A program made the position numbers and the translations under genes. Positions 42,026 through 51,579 of a DNA stretch of 64,000 nt are shown one piece after another. The notes beneath the pieces are model-generated. The model saw nothing but the letters and a program-made list of their open reading frames with translations, made no database searches and was not told the DNA's origin. The first letter of the stretch is position 1. The number at the start of each line of letters is the position of its first letter. The stretch comes from Desulfosoma sp. (lineage in GTDB: Bacteria; Desulfobacterota; Syntrophobacteria; Syntrophobacterales; DSM-9756). The stretch is taken from assembly GCA_037481835.1 (NCBI GenBank), contig JBBFKW010000004.1, positions 110,569-174,568 of the forward strand, given 5' to 3'.

Positions 42026-42235
42026 CGGGTCGGGCTCCTTTCACGCTCTGTGGGCTTCATACCGGTCCACGCACAGGCTTATAGAAAAGAGCCGGCCAAA
42101 ACGCAAGCTTTTGTGGCGTCTTGAACCAATTATGGTAATATGTTTTAAACGATGCCCGGACGGCAATGCCGACGCTTGGCCCCGCACGGCAACGCGGCAC
42201 CGCGAACCGGCTAAGGAGGGAGGCGGTTAGACGCG

Positions 42236-43249
42236 ATGGTCAAGAAAAAGGAACGCTCGCAGCCTATTTTCGAACACGAGGCCTCGCCTGAAATCGTCTT
42301 GGACGAGGCGCCCATTTCCGAGGCGGAAGAGGTTTTCGACCAGGACATTCCGGCTTTGGAAGCCCCGAACAAGGACTGGCCCCAGGTTTACGACCCACTG
42401 AGGGCCTATCTGGAGGAAATCAAGAGGTACCCGTTGCTCAGCCGCGAAGAGGAAACCCAGCTGGCCATTCGCTACAAGGAAAAGGGTGACTTGGAGGCGG
42501 CCTACAAGCTGGTCACGTCCAACCTGCGGCTCGTGGTGAAAATCGCCATGGATTTCCAACGCCACTGGATGCAAAACCTCATGGACCTCATCCAGGAAGG
42601 CAACATCGGCCTCATGCAGGCCGTGAAGAAATTCGACCCGTATCGAGGCTACAAGTTTTCCTACTACGCTTCTTTCTGGATTAAGGCCTACATCATCAAG
42701 TTCATCATGGACAACTGGAAGTTGGTCAAGATCGGCACGACCCAAGCGCAGAGAAAGCTCTTTTTCAACCTGCGCAAGGAAAAGGAGCGGTTGGAAGCCC
42801 AAGGCATAGAGGCCAGCCCCAAACTCCTCAGCCAACGTTTGGATGTCAAAGAATCCGAAGTGACCGAGATGGACATGCGTCTGGCCAGCGGTGAAATCTC
42901 CCTGGACGCTCCCCTCGATCACGATTCCACGGACACGCACAAAGCCTTCCTGCCGTCCCGAGACATTCCCGTGGACGACATGCTGGCCGATGCCGAAGCC
43001 AAAGCCATCCTCCACGAGAAGCTCAAGCGGTTCCGAGAGGGGCTTAAAGACAAAGAAGCCGTCATTTTTGATCATCGGCTCCTGACCGACGAACCCATGA
43101 CGCTCCAGGAAATCGGCGATCAATTCGGCATCAGCCGGGAAAGGATCCGCCAGATCGAAAGCCGCTTGAAGAAAAAGCTCAAAGCCTACTTGGAAGAAGA
43201 GGTGGAGGATTTGGAACTCCTGCAGGAGAGCCTGACCGACGCGTCCTGA
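42236..43249 (+). CDS. rpoH: RNA polymerase sigma-32 (RpoH-like) factor
   Basis: NLRLVV, DLIQEGNIGL, RpoH box QRKLFFNLR and region 4 SRERIRQIE. Confidence 0.88.
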   Translation: MVKKKERSQPIFEHEASPEIVLDEAPISEAEEVFDQDIPALEAPNKDWPQVYDPLRAYLEEIKRYPLLSREEETQLAIRYKEKGDLEAAYKLVTSNLRLVVKIAMDFQRHWMQNLMDLIQEGNIGLMQAVKKFDPYRGYKFSYYASFWIKAYIIKFIMDNWKLVKIGTTQAQRKLFFNLRKEKERLEAQGIEASPKLLSQRLDVKESEVTEMDMRLASGEISLDAPLDHDSTDTHKAFLPSRDIPVDDMLADAEAKAILHEKLKRFREGLKDKEAVIFDHRLLTDEPMTLQEIGDQFGISRERIRQIESRLKKKLKAYLEEEVEDLELLQESLTDAS

Positions 43250-43271
43250 GCTGCAGGCCGTCCCCTCCGGA

Positions 43272-44132
43272 TCACGGGATGGCGTCTCCCAATCCCAACA
43301 GGCGGGCTGCATTGCCGCCCATAATCGCCGCCTTATCTTCGAGACTCAGGCCCGCTTCGTCCATTTCCTTTTCATACCGGGCGGGGGGCAGGAGAGGATA
43401 ATCGCTTCCGAAAAGGATGCGCTCCCTCCCCACGATATCGAGGGCCTGTCGATAAACGGCGCTTCGATAAAGGAAAGGGGAAGCGGCGGTGTCGTAGAAC
43501 ACTCGGGCGAGCCTTTCCGGCGCTTCCTTCCTTAAGAGTTCATAGAAAAAGAGCCCTCCGCCCCAGTGGGCAAGGACGAGGGGGACATCCCGGCTCATTG
43601 TGGCGAGTTCGTAATAAAACCGTAACCCCATGGGAGCTTTGCCGGGGTAGAGGTGCCCGACGGGCTCGTTGGCATGAATGAGAACGAGCCGATTCTTCTC
43701 ACGGCACAATTCCAGCAACGGCCGGTAAGCCTCCAAAGCCGCGCCTTCGTCTCCTCCTTCGTAAACGGCCAACTCCCCAAGCCCCGCCGCCCCCTGGTCC
43801 AGGCACCGAGCGGCCTCGTCCATCGCCCAGGCCGCCGTCGGATCGAAACACGCCAAAGGTCGGAATCTCTCGGGCCGTCGCCCGGCCGATTCTAGCACGT
43901 AGTCGTTGTGGCGCCGCGCCTTTTCCTTGTCTTTCCAAGGGAACCCGAAGATCACGGCCACGTCCACGCCGCTTTGGTCCATGGCCTCAAGGACCGTTTC
44001 CGTATCGGCCAAGCGCGCCTTGGGATGCCCGTAGAGGCTGAGAAAAGCCGGCTCTCCGTCAAAGAACCGTTCTCGGTCGGCCACCACGGCCGGCGGAAAC
44101 GTGTGAACATGAAAATCTATTTTCATCCTCAT
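43272..44132 (-). CDS. Amidohydrolase_2 family metal-dependent hydrolase
   Basis: IDFHVH, GEL, IH, AHWGGG, YDTAA and FGSDYP. Confidence 0.88.
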   Translation of the reverse strand: MRMKIDFHVHTFPPAVVADRERFFDGEPAFLSLYGHPKARLADTETVLEAMDQSGVDVAVIFGFPWKDKEKARRHNDYVLESAGRRPERFRPLACFDPTAAWAMDEAARCLDQGAAGLGELAVYEGGDEGAALEAYRPLLELCREKNRLVLIHANEPVGHLYPGKAPMGLRFYYELATMSRDVPLVLAHWGGGLFFYELLRKEAPERLARVFYDTAASPFLYRSAVYRQALDIVGRERILFGSDYPLLPPARYEKEMDEAGLSLEDKAAIMGGNAARLLGLGDAIP

Positions 44133-44203
44133 CCCCCTGATGATAAGGAAACGCCGACGACGACGGCCGCTACCTTAACTCAAAGGTTTTCCAGGGGGCA
44201 ACG

Positions 44204-45064
44204 GTGAAAGAGAGCAGGCGGGCAGGCGCAGACCCTTTTCTTCAGCCGCAGGAAGCCGAGCTGGCGCGCGCGACGGCGCGATTGGCGATCTTCGAAGCGG
44301 GGGCCTTCATCCGGGAAAAGTTTCAGTCCCGAGGGCCGCTCGCCGTCGAAAGCAAAGGGACTTTCGACTTCGTGACGGACGTGGACCGGTTTTGCGAAGA
44401 CCTGATCTTGGACCGAATCCGGAAGGCCTTTCCAGACCATACCCTCATGTCGGAAGAACGCCCCATCGAAAACCATTCGCCGTCCCACGTGTGGATCGTG
44501 GACCCCTTGGACGGCACCACCAACTTCATCCACGGCTTTCCCATGATCGCCGTCTCCATCGCCTTGGCGGTCCGAGGCAGGGTCGTCATGGGATGGGTGT
44601 TCGACCCATTGCGGCACGAGCTGTTCGAAGCCCGGCAGGGGCACGGCGCTTCGTGCAACGGCCGGCCCTTGGCGCCTCTTCGGGAAGGCCCCCTGGAACA
44701 AGCCCTTCTCGCCACCGGATTCCCATTTCGATCCAAAGATGTGCTGGAGCCCTACCTTCGGGTTTTCAAGGATGTCTTTGTCCAGGTCAGCGGAATTCGG
44801 CGGGCCGGTTCCGCCGCCTTGGACCTCGCCTACACGGCGGCAGGCCGAGTCCAAGGCTTTTGGGAAATCGGCCTCAAGCCATGGGATATCGCCGCCGGAG
44901 CGCTGCTGATCCGGGAAGTGGGAGGAACGGTCACCGACTTTTGGGCAACCGAAAACTACTTGGAAAACGGGCACATCGTGGCGGGATCCACTCAGGTGCA
45001 CCGTTTCCTCATGGAAAAAATCGAACCCTTGAGAGGACCGCTCCAGGCACGGTGCGGCTCATAG
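44204..45064 (+). CDS. suhB: Inositol monophosphatase family protein
   Basis: SEE, WIVDPLDGTTNF, RRAGSAALDL and WDIAAG. Confidence 0.92.
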   Translation: MKESRRAGADPFLQPQEAELARATARLAIFEAGAFIREKFQSRGPLAVESKGTFDFVTDVDRFCEDLILDRIRKAFPDHTLMSEERPIENHSPSHVWIVDPLDGTTNFIHGFPMIAVSIALAVRGRVVMGWVFDPLRHELFEARQGHGASCNGRPLAPLREGPLEQALLATGFPFRSKDVLEPYLRVFKDVFVQVSGIRRAGSAALDLAYTAAGRVQGFWEIGLKPWDIAAGALLIREVGGTVTDFWATENYLENGHIVAGSTQVHRFLMEKIEPLRGPLQARCGS

Positions 45065-45134
45065 CCGGTTGCGCCCCAACGAACCGCCGCCGTTCGCGGC
45101 AAGCCCCTTGGAACGCACACTCCGGCATGTCATT

Positions 45135-45530
45135 TCAGGAGGCCTTGGGCGGGGGAGGCGTGACGTTCATCGCCATGAGTTTCTTGCTGGTCTCGTAGAC
45201 GACTTCCATCTTTTTCGGGGTGATGACGTTGCTCACCACTCCCAACCCGAAGACGGGATGCCAAATGAGATCGCCTTCTTTGTACGAATCCGACATGTTG
45301 TATTCGGGAACCCCTTCACGGCTGGCTTCCATAAGGCGCACGCGCCAGTCTTCTTCCGTTTTGGGCTTGGGGCTTCCCTTCAAGAGGACGGACGGGATCA
45401 TGTCGTCTTCGTCTTCGATGAGGATTTCTTCCTCTTCGTCCTCGAAGTCCAAGTCCCCGCCGCCTTCGAAGTCCAGGCTGTCGTCTTCGTAGTCTTCCAT
45501 GAGCTGATCTTTGTCCATGTCTTTGGCCAT
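45135..45530 (-). CDS. Hypothetical protein: very acidic N-terminus plus Tudor/SH3-like C-terminal domain
   Basis: GGAGAG RBS; D/E-rich first 45 aa; YKEGDLIWHPVFGLGVV...KMEVVY. Confidence 0.7.
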   Translation of the reverse strand: MAKDMDKDQLMEDYEDDSLDFEGGGDLDFEDEEEEILIEDEDDMIPSVLLKGSPKPKTEEDWRVRLMEASREGVPEYNMSDSYKEGDLIWHPVFGLGVVSNVITPKKMEVVYETSKKLMAMNVTPPPPKAS

Positions 45531-45658
45531 CGGTGCTCTCCATGTGGATTCTTGGCTTTACCCCGTAAGGTCCCGAGTCTATTAAAGCCGAGACCGGTCA
45601 AGGTCAAGCCTTTTCACGGCGCGTGCCCGAAACCTTTCCCTTGCAGTGGAGGCGGCGG

Positions 45659-46600
45659 ATGCTGAACGTTTTCATCACCCACATTCTTCCCGTCTTTTCC
45701 ATTATCGGCCTGGGTTACGTGCTCATGCACCGGCACTTCGTCGGGGAGGCTTTTATCGCGGCGGCCAACCGCCTCGTCTATTACGTGGCCGTCCCGGCCA
45801 TGCTCTTCCATGAAGTCGCCCGCTCGTCATTTTCCGAAAACTTCCATGGGGGTGCGGTGCTTTCCATGCTGGCGGGCCTCGGCCTGATCACCGCCTCAGC
45901 GCTCCTGTGCGCCCGCTTCAGTGCAAAGCCCGCCTCATTCAAGGCCACTTTCGTCCACAGCGCCTTTCACGGCAACCTGGGATACATGGCTTACGCCATC
46001 GCGTTCTATGCCTTGGGAGACAAGTTCTTCGCCCAAACCGCCCTCTTGAGCAGTTTTCTCATCATCGCGCAAAATTTTCTCGCCGTCTGCGTCTTCGCCA
46101 CTTTCCGACCCGGCGATGTGTCTCCCGCCGGCCCTCGAGGCATCGATGCAGCCGCGACCCTTAAACGGATCCTGACCAACCCCATCATTGTTTCGGTGAT
46201 GGTCGGAACGGGTTTCTCTTATCTTTCCATTTCGCTGCATCCCGCCGTTTCGCAGTCCCTCAAAATCCTTTCCGGCATGGCCCTGCCCTTGGCCCTGCTC
46301 CTCATCGGCACCTCCCTTTCCTTTCGGGCGTTGGGAAAGCTCATCCCGGCCATAAGCGTCATCGGGTTCCTGAAATTGATCCTTTTTCCCATACTCGTCT
46401 ACGGGCTGATGCGCTGGGCATCCGTGCCCCGCTCCTTCCACGTGCCGGTCTTGATCCTGACGGCAGCCCCACCGGCGACCGTCACCTACATCATGGCTTC
46501 GGAACTGGGCGGCGACACCGAACTGGCCGCCGCGGCCACGTCGCTTCTGACCTTGATCTCCGGCTGCACGTATGCGGTTTTGCTTTCGGTGCCCTGGTAA
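45659..46600 (+). CDS. AEC (auxin efflux carrier) family transporter
   Basis: About 10 TM; NRLVYYVAVPA, GNLGYM, NPII, PLALLLIG and PPA motifs. Confidence 0.85.
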   Translation: MLNVFITHILPVFSIIGLGYVLMHRHFVGEAFIAAANRLVYYVAVPAMLFHEVARSSFSENFHGGAVLSMLAGLGLITASALLCARFSAKPASFKATFVHSAFHGNLGYMAYAIAFYALGDKFFAQTALLSSFLIIAQNFLAVCVFATFRPGDVSPAGPRGIDAAATLKRILTNPIIVSVMVGTGFSYLSISLHPAVSQSLKILSGMALPLALLLIGTSLSFRALGKLIPAISVIGFLKLILFPILVYGLMRWASVPRSFHVPVLILTAAPPATVTYIMASELGGDTELAAAATSLLTLISGCTYAVLLSVPW

Positions 46601-46607
46601 AATCCCG

Positions 46608-48035
46608 TCAAAAGGATCTCTGCGGGCTCTGCGTGCCGGGGTCTTCTTCATCGTCTTCAGTGGTGAGGCCGTGTTTGAGGAGCCTGTAGCGGAAGGATCG
46701 GAAGGTGAGTCCCAGGAGCCGGGCGGCTTTTTGCTTGGACCCGCCGGACCGTTCCAGAGCCTGGAGGAGGAGGCTTTTTTCCAAATCCGCGAGGAACTTG
46801 GGAAGGTCCATGCCTTCAGGAGGCAGCACGGGTCGAAGGGTTTCTTTGTCGTCCTGGCGTTTCTTTCTATATGCGGCAATGGTCAAACTCTCGGGGAGAA
46901 TGATGCTCGACGATTCCAGGGCCACCCCTCGTTCGATGATGTTTTCCAGCTCCCGGACGTTTCCCGGAAAATCGTAGCTTTTGAGAATATCCATGGCGTA
47001 GGAGGAAATCTTTTGAATGTCCTTGCCGAAGGCCTTGGAAAATTTGGCGAGGAAGTAATCGGCGAGCAGCGGAATGTCTTCGCGTCTTTCCCTCAAAGGA
47101 GGCATCCGCAGCTGGATGACATTCAGGCGAAAGTAAAGGTCCTCCCGGAACTGTCGGTCGATGATCATTTGTTCGAGGTCTCGGTTGGTGGCGGAGATGA
47201 TGCGCACATCCACGGGGATATCCACCGTGTCCCCCACCATGCGGATGGTCTTTTCCTGCACCACGCGGAGCAATTTTACCTGAAGGCTCGGCGACAGTTC
47301 GCCGATTTCGTCCAAGAACAACGTGCCGCCCTGCGCCGCCTCCACCAGCCCTTTTCGATCCGCGGCGGCGCCCGTAAAAGCCCCTTTTCGGGAACCGAAA
47401 AGCTCGCTTTCCATGAGGGATTCGGGCACCCCGGCGCAGTTGACGGCAACGAAAGGTTTGTCCGCCCGGGGGCTCCGACGGTGTATGGCCTTGGCGACCA
47501 GTTCCTTGCCCGTGCCGCTTTCGCCCGTGATGAGCACGTTGCTCGTGGTGGCCGAAACCCGTTCGATGAGTTCGTAGATCTTTTTCATGGCCGGGCTTTC
47601 GCCGATCATGCACCCGAAATACAAGGGACCTTGGCGGGCATGCGGCGGCAGCTCCCGACCTCGGGTCTTCAGGGCGTTCTGAATGACCCGGCGCATCTCA
47701 TCGATCTTGAACGGCTTGGGCAAGTAGTCGTAGGCGCCTTCGCGCATGGCGGCCACGGCGGTTTCCGTGCTGGCGTAGGCCGAAATGATGATGACGACGG
47801 TTGAGGGGCACAACTGCTTGCACTGCCTGAGGACTTCCAAGCCATCCACGGGCTTCATGCGGATGTCGGTGATCACCAGGTCGAAGGCTTGCTGCTTGAG
47901 GATTTCCAAGGCTTCCACGCCGCTTGCCGCGCAGCGCACCGCATAGCCGTCCTTTTGGAGCATGATCTCAAGAAATTCCCGCATGCTCCGTTCATCGTCC
48001 ACCACGAGGATCCGACCGTCGGCGTGCTGCACCAT
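46608..48035 (-). CDS. pilR: Sigma54-dependent response regulator, PilR-like
   Basis: REC (VVDDERSMREFL), GESGTGKE, GAFTGA, FREDLYFRL, GNVREL and C-terminal AARLLGLTFRSFRYRL HTH. Confidence 0.8.
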   Translation of the reverse strand: MVQHADGRILVVDDERSMREFLEIMLQKDGYAVRCAASGVEALEILKQQAFDLVITDIRMKPVDGLEVLRQCKQLCPSTVVIIISAYASTETAVAAMREGAYDYLPKPFKIDEMRRVIQNALKTRGRELPPHARQGPLYFGCMIGESPAMKKIYELIERVSATTSNVLITGESGTGKELVAKAIHRRSPRADKPFVAVNCAGVPESLMESELFGSRKGAFTGAAADRKGLVEAAQGGTLFLDEIGELSPSLQVKLLRVVQEKTIRMVGDTVDIPVDVRIISATNRDLEQMIIDRQFREDLYFRLNVIQLRMPPLRERREDIPLLADYFLAKFSKAFGKDIQKISSYAMDILKSYDFPGNVRELENIIERGVALESSSIILPESLTIAAYRKKRQDDKETLRPVLPPEGMDLPKFLADLEKSLLLQALERSGGSKQKAARLLGLTFRSFRYRLLKHGLTTEDDEEDPGTQSPQRSF

Positions 48036-48050
48036 GCGACTTCGAGCCCC

Positions 48051-49337
48051 CTAGCGGAACGGATAGCGCACGAGTCCATCGACCAGGGTCATGACAACAC
48101 GGCCCCGCCCGGACCATCCCCGGAAAGGACAGTTGCGCCCTTTGGATTGGAACCCTTCCGGGTCGATGACGACCTCCGCTTCGGGGTCGATAACCGTCAC
48201 ATGGGCCGGGAATCCCGGCTGGAGGGACCCCATGGGAATCCCGAGGATTCTTGAAGGGTTGCAGGTTACTTTGGCGAGGATGTCCAAGGGGTCCCCCACG
48301 CCGTCACGAATGAGGCTCAAAACGAGGGGCAGGGCCGATTCGAGGCCGATCATGCCGTTGGCGGCATCCTGAAACTCCGTGTCTTTTTCCAGGACGCTGT
48401 GAGGGGCGTGATCGGTGGCGATGGCATCGATGGTCCCATCCGCCAGGCCCTCCTTGACCGCTTCCACATCGCGGCGGGTGCGCAACGGCGGATTGACCTT
48501 GAAGACGGTGTCGAAACCCTCCACGCACTCGTCGGTCAGCGTAAAGTAGTGGGGCGCCGTTTCGCACGTGACGGCAATGCCGCGCCGCTTAGCCTCCCGA
48601 AGGATCCACACCGACGCCTCCGTGCTCACATGGGCGATATGGAGGCGGCCTCCCGTGAGTTCGGCCAGGAGCACGTCGCGGGCGATCATGGTCGCTTCCG
48701 CGGCCGCGGGAATGCCCTGCAGTCCCAGCCGCGTGGACACAAGCCCTTCATGCATGTGGCCGCCACGGGACAAGGCCTCGTCCTCGGCATGGCTGATGAC
48801 CACGAGGTCGAAGGCCCTGGCGTATTCCAAAGCCCGCCGCATGAGCGCGGCGTTTGTCACGGGGCGGCCGTCGTCGGAGACGGCCACCGCACCCGCTTCA
48901 CGAAGCTCTCCGAACTCCGAAAGCTCCTGTCCCTTGAGCCCCTTGCTGATGGCCGCCACGGGATAGACCCGGCAGAATCCTTGTTCCTGGGCGCGGCGCC
49001 GGATGAATTCCGTCACCGCCGCACAATCGTTTACAGGATGGGTGTTGGGCATGCAGGCGACGGCGCCGAATCCGCCCGCCACAGCGGCGGCCGTTCCCGT
49101 GGCGATGGTCTCCTTGTATTCTTCGCCGGGTTCCCTCAAGTGGACATGCATGTCCACCCACGCGGGCACAACCCACTTGCCCGTCACATCGATCACGCGG
49201 GCTTGCGGCGACGGCACGATGTCTTTGGGGTCCCAGACGACGGCCTGGATATGACCGTCTCGGATCACCACGTCGCCGACCCTGTCGATCCGCCGTTCCG
49301 GATCCAGGATGCGGCCGCCCCTAAGAATCATCTCCAC
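48051..49337 (-). CDS. pyrC: Dihydroorotase (start uncertain, could be 49388)
   Basis: DMHVHLREPG, MPNT, HAED, HVST, KVNPPLR and ATDHAPH; GGAGG RBS before GTG 49337. Confidence 0.93.
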   Translation of the reverse strand: MEMILRGGRILDPERRIDRVGDVVIRDGHIQAVVWDPKDIVPSPQARVIDVTGKWVVPAWVDMHVHLREPGEEYKETIATGTAAAVAGGFGAVACMPNTHPVNDCAAVTEFIRRRAQEQGFCRVYPVAAISKGLKGQELSEFGELREAGAVAVSDDGRPVTNAALMRRALEYARAFDLVVISHAEDEALSRGGHMHEGLVSTRLGLQGIPAAAEATMIARDVLLAELTGGRLHIAHVSTEASVWILREAKRRGIAVTCETAPHYFTLTDECVEGFDTVFKVNPPLRTRRDVEAVKEGLADGTIDAIATDHAPHSVLEKDTEFQDAANGMIGLESALPLVLSLIRDGVGDPLDILAKVTCNPSRILGIPMGSLQPGFPAHVTVIDPEAEVVIDPEGFQSKGRNCPFRGWSGRGRVVMTLVDGLVRYPFR

Positions 49338-49384
49338 GGCTTCCTCCCTCATCGTCCCAGGGCTCCCTTTCGGGAAGCGCGCCT

Positions 49385-50317
49385 TCAACCCGCCGACTCG
49401 TCCCGCTGCACCAGCAGGTAAAGCAGCGCCATGCGCACGGCCACACCGTTGGTCACCTGATCCAAGATCACGGAATGGGGCCCGTCGGCCACATCGGGAC
49501 TGATTTCCACGCCGCGATTCATGGGCCCCGGATGCATGATCAGGACATCGGGCTTGGCGTGAGCCAGTTTCCTGCGATCGATCCCGTAGTAGGCGGCGTA
49601 TTCCCGCAAAGAAGGCAACAACCCCTGTCCTTGCCTTTCCTTTTGGAGGCGCAGGACCATGATGACGTCCGCTGAAGGAATCACGGGTTCCAACTGCAGG
49701 GAGACTGTCACCGGAAGCTGGTCCATATGGGACGGCACAAGCGTGGGCGGGCCGCAGACCACGACCCGGGCCCCCATCTTGGTCAGGCCCCAGATGTTGG
49801 ATCGAGCCACCCGGCTGTGGGCAATGTCGCCTACGATGAGCACGGTCAGCCCCTCCAGGCGCCCCTTGCGTTCCCGGATGGTCAGCATGTCCAAGAGGGC
49901 CTGGGACGGATGCTCATGCATGCCGTCGCCGGCGTTGATCACCGAGGCCGTCGTGCGCTGCGCGACGCGATGCGGGGTTCCCGAAGCCGAATGGCGGATG
50001 ATGAAGACATCCGGGCGCATGGCTTCCAAGTTCTTGATCGTATCCAGAAAGGTTTCGCCCTTGACCATGGAACTGGTGGTCGTGGCGATGCTGTAGGTGT
50101 CCGCGCTGAGTCGCTTGGCCGCAATGTCAAAGGATGTGCGCGTTCGAGTGCTCGGTTCGTAAAAGAGATGCACAACGGTTTTGCCCCGAAGGGTGGGGAC
50201 TTTCTTGATGGAGCGGGTGTTGATTTCTTTGAGGGATTCGGCGGTATCGAGAATGGTTTCGATTTCATGGACCTCCAAATCCCGCATACCCAGAAGGTCT
50301 TTCCTCGTAAAGGCCAT
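49385..50317 (-). CDS. pyrB: Aspartate carbamoyltransferase catalytic subunit
   Basis: EPSTRT, KGE, NAGDG..EHPSQ, HSRVARS, RLQKER and HPGP.NRG. Confidence 0.96.
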   Translation of the reverse strand: MAFTRKDLLGMRDLEVHEIETILDTAESLKEINTRSIKKVPTLRGKTVVHLFYEPSTRTRTSFDIAAKRLSADTYSIATTTSSMVKGETFLDTIKNLEAMRPDVFIIRHSASGTPHRVAQRTTASVINAGDGMHEHPSQALLDMLTIRERKGRLEGLTVLIVGDIAHSRVARSNIWGLTKMGARVVVCGPPTLVPSHMDQLPVTVSLQLEPVIPSADVIMVLRLQKERQGQGLLPSLREYAAYYGIDRRKLAHAKPDVLIMHPGPMNRGVEISPDVADGPHSVILDQVTNGVAVRMALLYLLVQRDESAG

Positions 50318-50630
50318 GAGTGCGTCCTCGATGTGTGTTCCAAGACCCCAGGAGACCTCTTTTCGAGAAAATTACCATGTTTCGAACGGAAAAGTGAGGG
50401 AAAAATCGGACGCCGGGACGTCCTACAGGGTTCTTGACACCCCAACCCAATCCCGATAAATGAATCTGCACCTCAAAGCCGTTCCCTTTTCCTGCGATTT
50501 CGGCCTTTGGGACCCGCACCGGCATCGCCCCCAGACCGTTTCGGCTCGTTCGATCCGAAACGTTTCGGGCCGTGTCGGCGCCGCTATGGGACGGTTTTGA
50601 CGGTGAATTCAACGGATCTGGAGGCAGACC

Positions 50631-51101
50631 ATGGAAAGGGTTCCCATTACTCGGGAAGGGTACGAAAGACTGCGCCAGGAACTGCAGCGGCTCCAAAAGG
50701 AAGAACGCCCCAAGGTCATCAAGGCCATCGAAGAAGCCCGCGGCCACGGCGATCTTTCGGAAAACGCCGAATATGAAGCCGCCAAGGAAAAACAGGCCCT
50801 CATCGAAGGGCGCATCGCCGATATCCAGGAAAAGCTGGCCTGCTGCGAAATCGTGGAAACCAACGGCTCCGACGGCGGCAAGGCCATGTTCGGCCTGACC
50901 GTCGTCCTGGAAGATTTGGACAGCGGCGAAGAACACACGTACCGCCTCGTCGGGCCTTACGAAGCGGACATTCAGTCGGGGACGCTGTCGGTGACCTCGC
51001 CCCTGGGCAAGGCCTTAATCGGCAAAGAAGAAGGAGATACCGTTTCTGTCCGCACTCCCAAGGGCATCCGGCAGCTGGAAATCGTGGAAGTGCGCCCGTA
51101 G
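50631..51101 (+). CDS. greA: Transcription elongation factor GreA
   Basis: HGDLSENAEY and SPLGKAL. Confidence 0.96.
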   Translation: MERVPITREGYERLRQELQRLQKEERPKVIKAIEEARGHGDLSENAEYEAAKEKQALIEGRIADIQEKLACCEIVETNGSDGGKAMFGLTVVLEDLDSGEEHTYRLVGPYEADIQSGTLSVTSPLGKALIGKEEGDTVSVRTPKGIRQLEIVEVRP

Positions 51102-51139
51102 CGGGCCCTGCAGAGCTCGGGCGCCGGGTGGAAAGCTTC

Positions 51140-51168
51140 TTGACAGGTGGCCGATGGGCCGGTAAAAA
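51140..51168 (+). promoter_or_regulatory. Putative sigma70 promoter of rpsT
   Basis: TTGACA-17 bp-TAAAAA. Confidence 0.5.
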
Positions 51169-51241
51169 GCAAGGTCCCTAAAAGGGACCCAGCGCCTTGT
51201 CCGGGCATGATGACGGTGAGAAACTGAAGGAGGGAGAGGTT

Positions 51242-51520
51242 TTGGCCAATCACAAGTCTGCGATCAAGAGAGCCAAGCAAAGTGAGGCCCGCCGCATGCG
51301 CAACCGCATGCGCAAGAGCCGCATGAAGACCGCCATTCGAAAACTGGAAGAAGCCATTCGCAACAACGCCGTGGACGAGGCCGTCGAGCGTCTTCGGGAA
51401 GCGACTTCCATTATTGCGAAAACCGCTTCCAAGGGCACCATCCATCGCAATACGGCGTCGCGCAAAATTTCCAGGCTGACCCGAAAGGTAAACGGACTCA
51501 AGGCGGCGCGAAGCGCCTGA
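51242..51520 (+). CDS. rpsT: 30S ribosomal protein S20
   Basis: TTG start; ANHKSAIKR...KGTIHRNTASRKISRL. Confidence 0.96.
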   Translation: MANHKSAIKRAKQSEARRMRNRMRKSRMKTAIRKLEEAIRNNAVDEAVERLREATSIIAKTASKGTIHRNTASRKISRLTRKVNGLKAARSA

Positions 51521-51579
51521 TCCATTTTCCCCCGTCACGGCACTGCCTTCGCGCAGCGCCGCTCTCTGCGTCCCGTCGC

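Noticed and set aside
42100..42235. Sigma32 self-promoter or CIRCE upstream of rpoH
   Set aside because: CTTGAA is present at 42120 but has no CCCCAT-like -10, and no CIRCE repeat is visible.
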